A stretch of DNA of 64,000 nucleotides from the NCBI GenBank assembly GCA_963799675.1, contig CAWCXQ010000019.1:261701-325700 (forward strand). Direction: 5' to 3'. Position numbers and translations under genes: made by a program. Below, piece by piece: positions 1-10,765 of the stretch. Numbering within the stretch: the stretch's first letter is position 1; every line of letters starts with the position of its first letter. The stretch comes from an uncultured Chloroflexia bacterium (GTDB lineage Bacteria > Chloroflexota > Limnocylindria > QHBO01). The notes beneath the pieces are model-generated. The model was not told the origin of the DNA, ran no database searches, and saw nothing but the letters and a program-made list of their open reading frames with translations.

Positions 1-806
1 TGATCCTGGTCGCCACGGTGGTCAATCTTCGTCTTCCCGCTCTACTACCTGGTCGTCACCTCACTGAAGACCAAGGCCGAGCTCTTCGCCGCCGTCCCGA
101 CGCTGATGCCGCAACATCCGACATTTGCGCCGTACTTCAGCGTGCTCGTGACGCGGGCCATGTCCGGCCTGCTGCTGAACAGCGTCATCGCCGGGGTGAG
201 CGCGACCGCGCTCGCGCTCGTGGTCGCGTTTGCCATCTGCTATCCGATCACCCGTCTGCCGGTCTCGCGCGGCCTGCGAACCGTTCGTCCTGAACTGGGC
301 GCTCTCGCTCCGCTTCCTGACCCCGATCGCGGTGGTCATTCCGTACTTCACGATCGTGCGCGCCATCGGGCTCTACAACCAGCTCCCTGCTCTGATCTTC
401 GTCTACGCCCTGTTCAACCTGCCGCTCGCGATCTGGATGCTGAAGGGATTCCTGGAGGAGATCCCGCTCGAGATCGAGGAGGCCGCCCTCGTCGACGGCG
501 CGAGCCGCTTCCACGCCTTCCGGACGGTGCTCCTGCCGCTGGCCAGCACCGGGCTGCTTGCCGCTGGCATCATCGTCTTCGCCTTCGACTGGGCCGAGTT
601 CCTGTTCGCCTTCATCCTCACCGCGACGCCGAAGGCGATGACCTTCCCGGTCGGCGTGCAGGGCCTCGTCACCCAGTTCGAGATCATCTGGAACGACATG
701 GCTGCCGGCGGCGTGATCGCCATCGTGCTGCCGCTCGCTGCTCATGCTCTTCGCCCGCCGCTACGTCATGACCGGCCTGACCTTCGGGGTGATCCGAGAG
801 AAGTGA
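1..806 (+). pseudogene. CUT1-type sugar ABC transporter permease (MalG-like); 5' end off-window, frame broken twice
   Basis: Reads FVFPLYYLVVTSLKTKAELF... The EAA-loop region is 'EEIPLEIEEAALVDGASRFHAFRTVLLPLA'. The protein continues across three frames (switches near 275 and near 745). It ends ...LLMLFARRYVMTGLTFGVIREK* with TGA at 804-806. Confidence 0.8.
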
Positions 807-1628
807 TAGCGCCGCACGCCCTGTTACCTGAACGGCGCCACGATCATGACCACGCCAACGGATCCGGCAGATCGAGATCGCGAGGGCGACCGGCTTCGAC
901 GGGGTCGAGGTGCGCGCCGAGCGGCTGCTGGACGCGAGCGAGGAGCTGCGCGCCGCCGCCGGCGTCGTGCGGCCCGGCGAGGTGTGGAGCCTGAACGGCC
1001 TGCAGCTCCAGCTTGCCCGCGATGGTGCGCTCGACCACACGCGGCTCGAGGCGGAGCTCCCCCGCGGCTCGAGATCTGCCGGAGGCTCGGCGCTGCCTAC
1101 CTGCTCGTCGTGCCGCCGCGATCGCCGCAGGCCGACCGGTCGAGAGCGGTCGGCGGCCATGCGCGAGGGCGCTCGCGGCTGTGCGCGAGGCCTGCTGCGG
1201 CAGACCGGCATCGGCGTGGCGTTCGAGTTCCTGGGCTTCGCGGATTGCCCGATCGACTACGCCCGCGCTGGCGCGGAGAGGTCGTCGCGGGCGTGCCCGG
1301 GGGTCGATCTCGTCCTCGACTCGTGCCACTGGCACGCCAGCGGGTCGGGCGCGCTGGACGCCTTCCCGATCGATCGGCTGGCGATGGTGCACCTCAACGA
1401 CGCCCCGGCGCAAGCCGCCACGCGAGATCGAGGACGCGGATCGGCTGCTGCCCGGGGAGGGCGTGATCGCGCTGCCGGTCCTCGCCGAGGCCCTCCGGGC
1501 GCGCGGCTATAGCGGTCCGTGGAGCCTCGAGACGTTCAACCCGACCTACTGGGCGGCGGATCCTGGAGCAGGTCGCGAGCACCGGCCAACGGCTGCTCGG
1601 GAACCTTCTTGGGAGCACGCGCGGCTGA
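803..1628 (+). pseudogene. Xylose-isomerase-like TIM-barrel sugar phosphate isomerase/epimerase, multiple frame breaks
   Basis: Family-typical segments are scattered over all three + frames: 'YLNGATIMTTPT', 'IEIARATGFDGVEVRAERLL', 'GIGVAFEFLGFADCPI', 'LDSCHWHASGSG..IDRLAMVHLNDAP', 'EIEDADRLLPGEGVIALPVLAEALRARGYSGPWSLETFNPTYW'. The last segment ends ...LLGSTRG* near 1626-1628. At least four frame switches by eye. Confidence 0.65.
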
Positions 1629-1707
1629 TCTCGCCCGCGAGCCCCGGGCGCCGTTGCCCGCCGCCGCCGACGCCCGGACCGCGCGCGAGAAGCGAGAAGC
1701 GGAAGCT

Positions 1708-2268
1708 TCAGCCCTCGGGCCAGCGCTCCCCGAAGACGACCTGCTCGCGCGGGAGGCGTCCCCGCCCCGGCGCGGATTTCGGGCGGCGAGCCGCATCGGT
1801 CGGGTGGCCGACTGCCATCACTGTCCGCACCAACCAGTCCGGCGGGAGGTGCAGGATCTCGCGCACCGCCTCGCGAACGTCGGTGCGGATCCAGGCGATC
1901 CCCGCGCCGAGCCCGAGCATCGACGCCGCGATCAGCATCCGTTCCGCGGCCCGGCCATCGTCATAGGCGAGCGAGGTGGCCGCCTGGGGATCGTCGGGGA
2001 GCGCGATCGCGATGGCAGCCTGAGCCGTGGGCAGAGACCTCGTCTGTGGCAAGCCTGCGAGGGCGATGCGCGAGATCGTCTCGGGCTCGGTGATCACGAT
2101 GAAGCGCCATGGCTGCGAGTTGCGACTGCTCCCGGACCAGCGCGCGACATCGGTGATGGCCTCCAGATCCCCGGGCCCGAGGCCCTCCGTGGTGAACTCT
2201 CGGAACTGGCGCACTCGGACGAGGGGTCGGACGCGGTCCAAGGCGGGCGTGGGCGGCGTATCGGCCAT
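1708..2268 (-). CDS. Nitroreductase family protein
   Basis: Intact 186-aa ORF. Motifs 'RVRQFREF', 'ARWSGSSRNSQPWRFIVI' and 'AAERMLIAASMLGLGAGIAW' are typical of the NADH/FMN nitroreductase fold. Confidence 0.8.
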   Translation of the reverse strand: MADTPPTPALDRVRPLVRVRQFREFTTEGLGPGDLEAITDVARWSGSSRNSQPWRFIVITEPETISRIALAGLPQTRSLPTAQAAIAIALPDDPQAATSLAYDDGRAAERMLIAASMLGLGAGIAWIRTDVREAVREILHLPPDWLVRTVMAVGHPTDAARRPKSAPGRGRLPREQVVFGERWPEG

Positions 2269-2355
2269 GCAGATTCAGGCTAGCACGCCGACTCCGACTC
2301 GCCCGGCGCTGCGCTGGACGGAACGGGTACCGTTGCACGACCCGACTTCTGACCG

Positions 2356-3159
2356 ATGCACGGAGGGCAGACGGTGGCCACCGATCCTGCGGGCGCGTAC
2401 CCGCGCTATGACCTGACCGGCCAGACGGCGCTGGTGACCGGCGCCTCGCGTGGGCTGGGCCGCGCGATCTCGCTGGCCCTGGCGAACGCCGGAGCCGATG
2501 TCGCGCTCGGCCTGCGGGAGGTCGACTCCGCGCCCGACCTGGTCGAGGCCATCGCCGCCATGGGGCGGCGTGCGCTGCCGCTCCAGATGGATGTCCGCAG
2601 GCACGAGCAGATCGAGGCAGCCATCGCAGAGGTGGTCGATCAGTGGGGCCGGCTCGACATCGTGGTGAACAACGCCGGGCTTGGCCCCAGCGCGCCAGCC
2701 GAGGAGGTCACCGAGGAGAACTTCGATCTCACCATCGACGTGAACGTCAAGGGGCTCTTCTTCGTCAGCCAGGCTGCCGGGCGGGTCATGATCCGCCAGG
2801 GGTATGGCCGGATCATCAGCCTCAGCTCGCAGGCCGGCTTCGTGGCGCTGCCCACCGAATCGGTCTACTGCATGAGCAAGGCGGCGGTCGCGCACCTCAC
2901 GAAATGCCTGGCCGTGGAGTGGGGGAGGCACGGGATCACCGTCAACGCCGTCGCTCCCACCTTCATCCGCACGCCGGGAACGGAGGCCGATCTCGCCGAC
3001 CCGAGCTTCGAGGCCGAGGTCCGGGAGCGGATCGCGGGGCTGCACCGCATCGGCGACCCGATGGATGTTGCCGGGGGCGTGGTCTTCCTCGCCTCGCCCG
3101 CCGCCTCGCTCATCACCGGCGTGACCCTCCTGATCGACGGAGGCTGGACGGCTCGCTAG
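2356..3159 (+). CDS. SDR family oxidoreductase (short-chain dehydrogenase/reductase)
   Basis: Intact 267-aa ORF. Rossmann motif 'ALVTGASRGLGRAISLALA', 'NNAG', catalytic 'YCMSKAAV', and C-terminal 'ITGVTLLIDGGW'. Confidence 0.9.
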   Translation: MHGGQTVATDPAGAYPRYDLTGQTALVTGASRGLGRAISLALANAGADVALGLREVDSAPDLVEAIAAMGRRALPLQMDVRRHEQIEAAIAEVVDQWGRLDIVVNNAGLGPSAPAEEVTEENFDLTIDVNVKGLFFVSQAAGRVMIRQGYGRIISLSSQAGFVALPTESVYCMSKAAVAHLTKCLAVEWGRHGITVNAVAPTFIRTPGTEADLADPSFEAEVRERIAGLHRIGDPMDVAGGVVFLASPAASLITGVTLLIDGGWTAR

Positions 3160-3215
3160 AGAAACGCGGGGAAAGGTCTTCACACCGGTAGGGCATTGCG
3201 CTATCGTCCTCGCGG

Positions 3216-4463
3216 ATGGCTTTCTATCAGAAAGAAAGACCCTCACCGGTCCGCCACGCGACCATGCTCGAGGTCAACGAGTTCCTCGTGCTCGACTACG
3301 TCAGGGACCACGATCCCACCTCCCAGACCGACGTCGCCAGGGCCCTCGGCCTGTCGGCAGCATCGGTCAGCCGCATGGTCGCGCGGCTTCGAGCCGACGG
3401 CCTGGTGGTCGACGCCGGCACGCAGCCGTCCGGCGGAGGCCGGCCGCGGGCCCTCGTTTCCTTCCGTCGGGACGCGGGTGCGGTCGTGGCCGTCGACCTG
3501 GGAGGTACGCGCTGCCATGCCGCGCTCGCAGACCTCGCCGGGACGATCCTCGCGGAGGAGGTGCGCCCGACGCACTCGGGGGGCGATGCGTTCCGGACGC
3601 TCGTCGGGGGCATTGACGCGATGCGCACGGAAGCGCAGAAGCGTGGCGTGCCGGTCGTGGCACTGGCGGTCGGCGTGCCCGGCATCCTCGACCCGGAATC
3701 GGGCCGCGCCCGCGACGCGCCATATGTGGGCTGGGACGACTTTCCCGTGGTCGAGCGCCTGGCGCGCGCGGTCGAAATGCCGTTCGTCGTCGACAACGAC
3801 GTCAATCTCGCTGCGCTGGCCCATGCCTGGCGCGGGGACGGCCGAAGGGTGGACAGCTTCGTGACTCTTTCGGTGGGGACCGGCACGGGGGCCGCGATCG
3901 TGTCGGGTGGCCGGCTCCTGCAGGGCCACCACAACGCGGCGGGCGAGGTTGGCTACCTGGTCGTGCGCCGCGAGCTGCTCGGCCAGCCGATCACCGGAGG
4001 TCTCGGGGCCTTCGAGTCGCGCGCGTCAGGCCCTGGCCTCGAGGCGCGCGCCCGGGAGCTCATCGCCTCTGGAGCGACGTCGAGCCTGGCACTGGACGAG
4101 ATCACGCCTGAAGCGGTCCTGAGCGCAGCCGCCGATGGCGATGCCCTGGCGCGCTCGGTGCTCGATGAGCTGGTCGACGACCTCGCGATGGCGATCATCG
4201 CGCTCATTTCGACGGTCGATCCTGAGCTCGTGATCCTCGACGGTGGCGTCGGCCGCTCGCTCGGGCCATCCCTCGAATCACTCGTGGCGCGGATCACGCC
4301 GAGCGTCCCGTCGGTTCCCCGGATCGCGATCTCCAGCCTGGACCGTGACGCAACGGTCATCGGAGCGGTCGCCGCCGCGCTCGAGCTCGCCCGCCGTCGG
4401 GCGGCGCCGGCGTCGGTCCTTGGCGCATTCAGCCTGAGCGGGGTGGCCAGCCATGCCGACTGA
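3216..4463 (+). CDS. ROK family transcriptional regulator (N-terminal wHTH plus ROK sugar-kinase-like domain)
   Basis: Intact 415-aa ORF. HTH segment 'SQTDVARALGLSAASVSRMVARLRADGLV', then 'VAVDLGGT', 'VDNDVNLAAL', 'GTGTGAAIV', 'HHNAAGEVGY'. Confidence 0.85.
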   Translation: MAFYQKERPSPVRHATMLEVNEFLVLDYVRDHDPTSQTDVARALGLSAASVSRMVARLRADGLVVDAGTQPSGGGRPRALVSFRRDAGAVVAVDLGGTRCHAALADLAGTILAEEVRPTHSGGDAFRTLVGGIDAMRTEAQKRGVPVVALAVGVPGILDPESGRARDAPYVGWDDFPVVERLARAVEMPFVVDNDVNLAALAHAWRGDGRRVDSFVTLSVGTGTGAAIVSGGRLLQGHHNAAGEVGYLVVRRELLGQPITGGLGAFESRASGPGLEARARELIASGATSSLALDEITPEAVLSAAADGDALARSVLDELVDDLAMAIIALISTVDPELVILDGGVGRSLGPSLESLVARITPSVPSVPRIAISSLDRDATVIGAVAAALELARRRAAPASVLGAFSLSGVASHAD

Positions 4464-5457
4464 CACCCTCGCGATCGACGTCGGCGGCACCCGGTCCCGG
4501 ATCGCGATCGTGCGCGACGGTCGCATCGGCAGACGCTGGGAGGGTTCCACCGCGGAGCTGGCCGCACCCGGACGCGGTGTGGCCGACGGCCTGGTCCGAG
4601 CCGCAGTCGCCCTTGCCGAGAAGGACGGCCAGACGCCGATCGGCGCCGTCGGGGTCGGCCTGGCGGCCGCGGTCGACGAGAGTGGCAACGTGCTGCAGCC
4701 GCGCGACTTCGGCATTCCGGCCGGTCCGCTGCTCCGTGACGCGATCGCGGGTGGGTTGGGTCTCCCCGTCGTTATCGACAACGATGCCAACCTCGCAGCC
4801 GTGGCCGAGCATCGCCTCGGTGCCGCACGCGACTGCGCGAACGTGGCGGTCATGACCCTGGGGACCAACATCGGCGTCGGCCTCATCCTGGACGGGCGCC
4901 TGCATCGCGGTGCACACGGAGCAGCCGGGGAGGCTGGCCTGCTGCTGATTCCGGTTGACGCGACCGACGCGCGCTCGGGCACGCGCCCGATCGTCGATGC
5001 CGGTCCGCTCGGACGGGGCTCGACGGGCGCACCGGCCGGCTATGCCTGGATCGAGGACCTGGTCGGGGGTGGGGCGCTCGCGGCCGCCGCCGTGGCGGCC
5101 GGTGCATCGGGTCCGGAGGGGTCGCGGCCTCGGGTCTTCGGCGCAGCCGAGAGTGCCGATCCGCTCATCCAGGGGCTGGTGAGCCGGGCACTCGAGGGCT
5201 GGGCCCTCATCGTGGCGGACCTCACTGTCGTGCTCGACCTCGATGCGGTCGTGCTCACCGGTGGGGTGGCGCAGGATGCGGCCCGCCTGCTCGGTGCTCT
5301 TCAACGGCGAGTTGCCGAGCTCGTCGCCATCGCTCCCGAGATCCGGCTGGGCAGCCTCGGCCCGGACGCGGAGCTGCTCGGGGCCGACCTTTTGGCCCAT
5401 GCCGCCATCGACTCGTCGGCGGCCAACCATGCCCGAGCCGGGCTTTCGGCTCAGTGA
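4453..5457 (+). CDS. ROK family protein (putative sugar kinase)
   Basis: Intact 334-aa ORF overlapping the upstream stop. Motifs 'LAIDVGGTRSRIAIV', 'IDNDANLAAVAE', 'GTNIGVGLILDGRLHRGAHGAAGEAG'. No HTH. Confidence 0.8.
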   Translation: MPTDTLAIDVGGTRSRIAIVRDGRIGRRWEGSTAELAAPGRGVADGLVRAAVALAEKDGQTPIGAVGVGLAAAVDESGNVLQPRDFGIPAGPLLRDAIAGGLGLPVVIDNDANLAAVAEHRLGAARDCANVAVMTLGTNIGVGLILDGRLHRGAHGAAGEAGLLLIPVDATDARSGTRPIVDAGPLGRGSTGAPAGYAWIEDLVGGGALAAAAVAAGASGPEGSRPRVFGAAESADPLIQGLVSRALEGWALIVADLTVVLDLDAVVLTGGVAQDAARLLGALQRRVAELVAIAPEIRLGSLGPDAELLGADLLAHAAIDSSAANHARAGLSAQ

Positions 5458-6779
5458 AGCAGGAGGAACTTCAGATGAGGCACACGCAACGGGGGGCGAG
5501 CGCGATGCGCTCCGTGGCGGCCCTGATGGCCGGGCTGGTAGTCGTCCTCGCCGCGTGCGGCGGCGCGAGCAGCACCAGCTCCAGCGGCACGTCCGGCGGC
5601 ACGGTCACCCTCAACACGATCTTCATGAAGCAGGCCGCCTACAGCGAGGATGACGTGAAGGCAATGACCGATGCCTTCATGGCCGAGAACCCGAATATCA
5701 AGGTCAATCTCGAGTTCGTGGCCTACGAGGCGCTGCACGACAAGATCGTGACCGACCAGGCCGGCGGCGCGGGCCAGTACGACACTGTCCTTGTCGACAC
5801 GCCGTGGCCGGCCGAGTTCGCCGACGCGAAGATCATCCAGGACATCACGGACAAGATCCCCGCCGAGTTCAAGAGCGGAGTCTTCGACACCGCCTGGACG
5901 TCGGCCGGATACAAGGGCAAGTACTGGGGGGTGCCGTGGATCAACGACACGAAGTTCTTCTTCTACAACAAGAAGATGCTGGCCGACGCAGGTATCACGA
6001 GCGTGCCCAAGACCTGGGACGAGGTGATCACTGCGGCCAAGGCGATCAAGCAGAAGGGCATCGTCGAGTTCCCGCTGGTGTGGAGCTGGACGCAGGCCGA
6101 GGCCGTGATCTGCGATTGGGCCGAGCTTGCCGGGTCGATGGGCGGCGCCGACTTCGTCGATGACTCGGGCAACGCGAAGTTCAACACGGGCGGCGGCCTT
6201 GCCGCGCTCGAGTTCATGAAGAAGTCGATCGATGACGGGCTCACGAACCCGGCATCGCTCGGCTTCATCGAGGATGACGTCAACAAGACGGTGGGCGCCG
6301 GTCAGGCAGCCATGGCCCTGAACTGGACCTACGGCCTCTCGGTTCTGAACGATCCCGCCAAATCGACGGTGGCCGGCCAGATCGCGGTCGCTGCCGCCCC
6401 GGGCACGGCCGAAACGGCGACCGCCGGTGTGAACGGCGGCATGAGCATCGCGCTGACCACCAGCACGAAGCACCCCGACGAGGCCCTGAAGTTCGCCCTC
6501 TGGATGGCGAGCCAGAAGATGCAGGAGAAGTACGACGCCAATACCCTTCCGGAGTGGAAGGCCTCCTTCGACGATCCCGCGGTGACGAAGGCGGCGCCGG
6601 AGCTCTTCGCGGCGGCAAAGGAGCAGTTCGCGGCCCTGGTCACGCGGCCGGTGGTCCCGTACTACACCAAGCTGTCGAGCGCGCTGCAGGTTGCCATCCA
6701 GGAGGCCCTGAAGGGGACCAAGACGCCAAAGGAGGCGCTCGATGAAGTGGCAGCCAAGCTGCCCGACCTGCAGAAGTAA
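5454..6779 (+). CDS. ABC transporter substrate-binding lipoprotein (CUT1 sugar family)
   Basis: Intact 441-aa ORF. Lipobox 'LAACGG' after a hydrophobic N-terminus; the start is more likely the MRHTQRG... Met at 5475. Body typical of extracellular solute-binding family 1. Confidence 0.85.
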   Translation: MKQEELQMRHTQRGASAMRSVAALMAGLVVVLAACGGASSTSSSGTSGGTVTLNTIFMKQAAYSEDDVKAMTDAFMAENPNIKVNLEFVAYEALHDKIVTDQAGGAGQYDTVLVDTPWPAEFADAKIIQDITDKIPAEFKSGVFDTAWTSAGYKGKYWGVPWINDTKFFFYNKKMLADAGITSVPKTWDEVITAAKAIKQKGIVEFPLVWSWTQAEAVICDWAELAGSMGGADFVDDSGNAKFNTGGGLAALEFMKKSIDDGLTNPASLGFIEDDVNKTVGAGQAAMALNWTYGLSVLNDPAKSTVAGQIAVAAAPGTAETATAGVNGGMSIALTTSTKHPDEALKFALWMASQKMQEKYDANTLPEWKASFDDPAVTKAAPELFAAAKEQFAALVTRPVVPYYTKLSSALQVAIQEALKGTKTPKEALDEVAAKLPDLQK

Positions 6780-6811
6780 TGGCGGAGCGGATGCCGCTTT
6801 GACCGTGTGCG

Positions 6812-7729
6812 ATGGCCGTTCTCGCCCGCGCGCGTAGCGCGCGATCGGAGCGGCCGTGGCCTGAGACGTGGGTGGCGGCGGCCTTCGTGGCCCCCGCCGC
6901 CCTCGTCATTCTGCTGATCGTGGTGGTGCCACTCGGGCGCGCCCTCTGGATGAGCCTCTTCGACATCCAGCTCACGCGCCCCGGCGTGGAGCCCTTCGTC
7001 GGGCTTGGGAACTACATCGACCAGCTGACCAGCGGCGAGTTCTGGGGATCGACCGGCCGGGCGCTCTGGTTCACGGTCGTCTCGACCGCGCTCGAGCTGG
7101 CCCTCGGGCTGGGCCTCGCGCTCCTCATGGACCAGCCGCTGCGCATGCGCTGGCTGCTGCGCTCAATCGTCATCCTGCCCTGGGCCTTGCCGACCATCGT
7201 CAATGCCCTGATGTGGCGCTGGATCGACAACGCCGAATACGGTGCGCTCAACGCGGTGCTCTCCCAGACCGGAGTCCTGCACCGCTATCAGCCATGGCTC
7301 TCTGACAGCGACCTCGCGATGTGGATGGTGATCGGGGCCGATGTCTGGAAGATCACGCCCCTGGTCGCGATCCTCCTCCTGGCCGGGCTGCAGACCATCG
7401 ATCGCGAGGTGGTGGAGGTTGCACGCGTGGATGGGGCCGGCCCGATGGCCCTCTTCCGCCACATCATCTTGCCGCTGCTGACGCCGGTGATCCTGATCGT
7501 GCTGGTGCTGCGCACGATGGAGGCGTTCAAGGTCTTCGACATCATCTGGATCATGACCCACGGAGGCCCTGCCAACTCGACCCAGACGATCGCGATCTAT
7601 GCCTACCAGACCGCCTACCAGGGCTTCGACTTCGGCCGTGGCGCAGCGCTCGGCTACATGATCGCGCTTGTCATCATGGTCCTGGCGGCCGTCTACCTGC
7701 GGCTCCTGGGCCGGACTGGTCGGACCTGA
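6812..7729 (+). CDS. Sugar ABC transporter permease (MalF-like)
   Basis: Intact 305-aa ORF with multiple TM segments. EAA loop 'EVARVDGAGPMALFRHIILPLL'. Confidence 0.85.
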   Translation: MAVLARARSARSERPWPETWVAAAFVAPAALVILLIVVVPLGRALWMSLFDIQLTRPGVEPFVGLGNYIDQLTSGEFWGSTGRALWFTVVSTALELALGLGLALLMDQPLRMRWLLRSIVILPWALPTIVNALMWRWIDNAEYGALNAVLSQTGVLHRYQPWLSDSDLAMWMVIGADVWKITPLVAILLLAGLQTIDREVVEVARVDGAGPMALFRHIILPLLTPVILIVLVLRTMEAFKVFDIIWIMTHGGPANSTQTIAIYAYQTAYQGFDFGRGAALGYMIALVIMVLAAVYLRLLGRTGRT

Positions 7730-7732
7730 CCA

Positions 7733-8616
7733 ATGAGCGCTCTCCAGCAACCACGCGGTCGTCCGACCGCTCGGCGGCTTCTTCGACGGGTGTTCCTGTA
7801 TCTCGGCATGGCGCTCGCGCTGCTTGTGGTCCTGGCGCCGTTTGCCTGGCTCCTCATCTCGAGCGTGGCGGAGCCAGTGGACCTGCTCCGTCGTCCGCTG
7901 CGCTGGATTCCAGAGCACATCGCGTTCGACCGGTTCGCCGCGCTCACGTTCGGAAGCTCGGCCGACTCGACCGCGCTCGGTTTCCGGGCGGCGCTGCTGA
8001 ACAGCACGATCATCGCCACGACCGTGACGGTCGTGTCGCTGGTGGTGGGCACGCTGGCCGCGTACGCCTTCGCGCGCCTGCGCTTTCCCGGACGCAGCTG
8101 GCTGATCCTCGCCTTCATGGCGACCTACATGCTGCCGCCGATTGCGCTGATCCTGCCGCTCTACCAGATCATGAGCGCGTTGCACCTGCGCGACACGCCG
8201 CTCGCCCTGATCATCATCTACGCGTCGTTCGTGACGCCCTTCGTGATCTGGATCATGCGCGGCTACATAGCCTCGATCTCGTCCGAGCTCGACGACGCCG
8301 CTCGTATCGACGGCTGCTCCGACTCGCCCTCCTCTGGCGGGTGATCGTTCCGGTCGCCCTGCCCGGCCTCGTCTCGACCGGCCTGCTCGCCTTCCTGATG
8401 GCGTGGGATGAGTTCCTGTACGCGTTGATCATGACCCAGACGAACGCCTCGAAGACGCTGCCGGTTGCCCTGAACGACTTCATCGGCCGCTTCGGTCTCG
8501 ACTTCGGTCTGCTCGCCAGCGGCGGCGTCATCGCCGCGCTGCCGCCGGTCATCATCGCGTTCGTCTTCCAGCGCTACATCGTCGCCGGGCTCGCGTCGGG
8601 GGGCGTCAAGGGATGA
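7733..8616 (+). pseudogene. Sugar ABC transporter permease (MalG-like), one frame break near 8310
   Basis: ORF 7733-8344 carries the N-terminal TMs and 'ELDDAARIDGCS'. The remainder 'ALLWRVIVPVALPGLVSTGLLAFLMAWDEFLYALIM...FQRYIVAGLASGGVKG*' continues in another frame to 8616. Confidence 0.8.
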
Positions 8617-9642
8617 TCCTCGATGCCACGCCCGACGAGATGGCTCGCGAGCTGGGGCAGGGGCCGGAGGCCGTCGAGTCGACCCTTCGCGAGGCGCGCC
8701 GCCAGCGCGCGGAGCTCGACGCGCTGATCGCCCGGGCGGGGCGCATCGTGCTCGTCGGCACCGGTGCGTCCCTCGCCATGGCCCGGGCGGCGGCGCCGCT
8801 CTGGCGCGCCGGATCGGGCGCGATGTGCTCGTGCGTGAGTCGTCGGAGATGGCGCTGGGCGAGCTCGACGGAGACCGAACGAGGGTCTCCGACCTCCTGA
8901 TCGCGCTCTCCCAATCGGGCACCAGCCCCGAGACACTGGCCGCGGTTCGCCTGGCGACCGACGTCGGCGCGCCTGTCCTTGCAATCACTGCCCACCGCGA
9001 TGCGCCACTCGCGGCTCGGGCCGTAATGACGGTGGCCGTGCAGAGCGGCGACGAGCACGGCGCTGCGACCAAATCCGCGCTTGCCACGCTGGCCGCCCTG
9101 TTCGCCATCGGCGGCGTGCTGGCCTTGGATCCCGGAGAAGGCAGCGCGCCTTGCGCGCCGGCTTCGCACCGTCGTCGTCTCCGGAGAGGACCGTGCAGCC
9201 GCGGCAAGCCCGCTCGTCCGCGCCCGCCGGACCTGGTTCGCGGGATTCGGGGTCGGACTCGGCCTGGCCCAGGCGGGCGTGCTCCTCTGGCACGAGAAGG
9301 TGATTCGCCAGGCGATGGCGACCACGCCGAGTGAGCTACGACACGGCCCCATCGAGGCGGTAGGGCCAGGTGACGCGGTGGTGCTGATCGACGTCGATCA
9401 GGCTGAATCGGGCCAGCAGGCCTACCTGGATCTTCTCCGCGCGGAGCTCGCCGAGCTCGGGGCGGCGGTGGTCGAGCTGCCGATCGCGTTCGACGGTGAA
9501 CCGGCGAGCAGGGCCCTGGCCGCACTGCTCCAGGTCCAGCAGCTGGCTCATGCGACGGCGGTCGGCGCCGGGACCTATCGCGATGGCTTCGCCGTGCTCC
9601 GTCACGTCGTCACAGCGGCCGATCGCGCTCTTCGCGCGCTAG
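8613..9642 (+). pseudogene. SIS-domain sugar isomerase/deglycase-like protein, two to three frame breaks
   Basis: Segments 'GRIVLVGTGASLAMA' (frame of 8613), 'LLIALSQSGTSPETLAAVRLATDVGAPVLAITA' (frame of 8825) and 'ELRHGPIEAV..VVLID' (frame of 9081). The 3' end is uncertain because the last frame runs on into the convergent gene. Confidence 0.6.
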
Positions 9643-10136
9643 GCGACGCGGAACTCGTCGACGCGCTTCAGGTTGACGATGAGCGTCTCGAACGCCGACG
9701 GCGACTCGCCGCCCTCCTTCACGAGCGTCGCGTCCGTGAGCGGCAGGAATTGGCGGGTCGAGCGCAGGTAGGGGTCGTACTCCTCGCCCGGCATGAGGTG
9801 CGCCGTTCCGGACACGACCCACCCGCCAATCCTGATCATGACCTCGTGCCGCTGGCGCTGAAGGCGCCGCTCGGGTGGACTGACGTGCGCCGGCGGGACG
9901 ACGAGGAGGAGCTCGGCGGGGTCGATCGAGACCCACTGAGCGGCCGTCGCGCCGGCCGGCAGGAACGGCAGCGGCTTCCCGCGCTGCAGCAGGTCGCTCA
10001 CGCGCTCATCGCCGGGCTCCACCCAGCCCTTGACGACCCGATCGGCCAGGATGAGGGCGATCGGCTTGCGGTCCTCAGTGGGGGGCTGGGGCTCGGAAGG
10101 CTCGATACTCCGCGGGAACAGTGAGGACAGCTTCAC
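9639..10136 (-). CDS. Hypothetical protein
   Basis: Intact 165-aa ORF with coding-like composition, convergent with the SIS gene. No motif I recognise. Confidence 0.5.
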   Translation of the reverse strand: MKLSSLFPRSIEPSEPQPPTEDRKPIALILADRVVKGWVEPGDERVSDLLQRGKPLPFLPAGATAAQWVSIDPAELLLVVPPAHVSPPERRLQRQRHEVMIRIGGWVVSGTAHLMPGEEYDPYLRSTRQFLPLTDATLVKEGGESPSAFETLIVNLKRVDEFRVA

Positions 10137-10288
10137 TGAGGATCTCCGGTGGCAACTGCCGCCAGCCTAGCCGCGAGGGCGGTCCCGGTGTCAATGGGAC
10201 TCCCGTTGTCAGTGCCAGGCGGAGACCAGCACCGCCACGATGAGCAGGCCAAGGAGATGGTAGGCGCCGGTGATCGCGAACCAGGTCC

Positions 10289-10729
10289 ATGGCCTTTGAG
10301 TCTGCGCCTAGTCGAGCCGCGTGTTCGGACTACCCTGCGCATGGATCAGCATTGGGGCATCCGTCAGACCGATGGACAGAGGCATCGCGACCCCGCACCG
10401 GTGGCGGCAACCGCTTGCTGGCCGTCGTCGCGATCACCCTCGGCCTGGCGATCGCGTGGGTCGACTCTCGGCCGGGCTGGGACGACACGGGCATCACCGC
10501 GGTGAGCCTGGTCGTGGTCGGTGCTGTCATCGCCGCCCTGTCCGGCCACCGCCCGCTGCTGTGGGCCGTGCTGATCGGCGTCTGGACCCCGCTCCTCGAG
10601 ATCCCCGCCTCGGGCGACCCGGCTCCCCTGATCGCGCTCGGGTTTGCATTCGCCGGGTCACTGCTCGGCTACGGGCTCGCCCGGCTCAGCTCTCGTTCAG
10701 GAGCACAGCCACCAGCTGGTCCGCGATGA
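10289..10729 (+). CDS. Hypothetical integral membrane protein
   Basis: Four hydrophobic segments (LLAVVAITLGLAIAW, ITAVSLVVVGAVIAAL, LLWAVLIGVWTPLL, LIALGFAFAGSLLGYGL). The start codon is uncertain. Confidence 0.5.
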   Translation: MAFESAPSRAACSDYPAHGSALGHPSDRWTEASRPRTGGGNRLLAVVAITLGLAIAWVDSRPGWDDTGITAVSLVVVGAVIAALSGHRPLLWAVLIGVWTPLLEIPASGDPAPLIALGFAFAGSLLGYGLARLSSRSGAQPPAGPR

Positions 10730-10765
10730 GCCGGTGGAGCGCGTCGCGTCCCGGGAGCTCGCGGA

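Noticed and set aside
10136-10290. Possible small hydrophobic protein on the minus strand (…WTWFAITGAYHLLGLLIVAVLVSAWH*).
   Set aside because: The hydrophobic frame has no start codon after its upstream stop. The only ATG (10290) is in a different frame that gives a non-protein-like translation. It would need an assumed indel.
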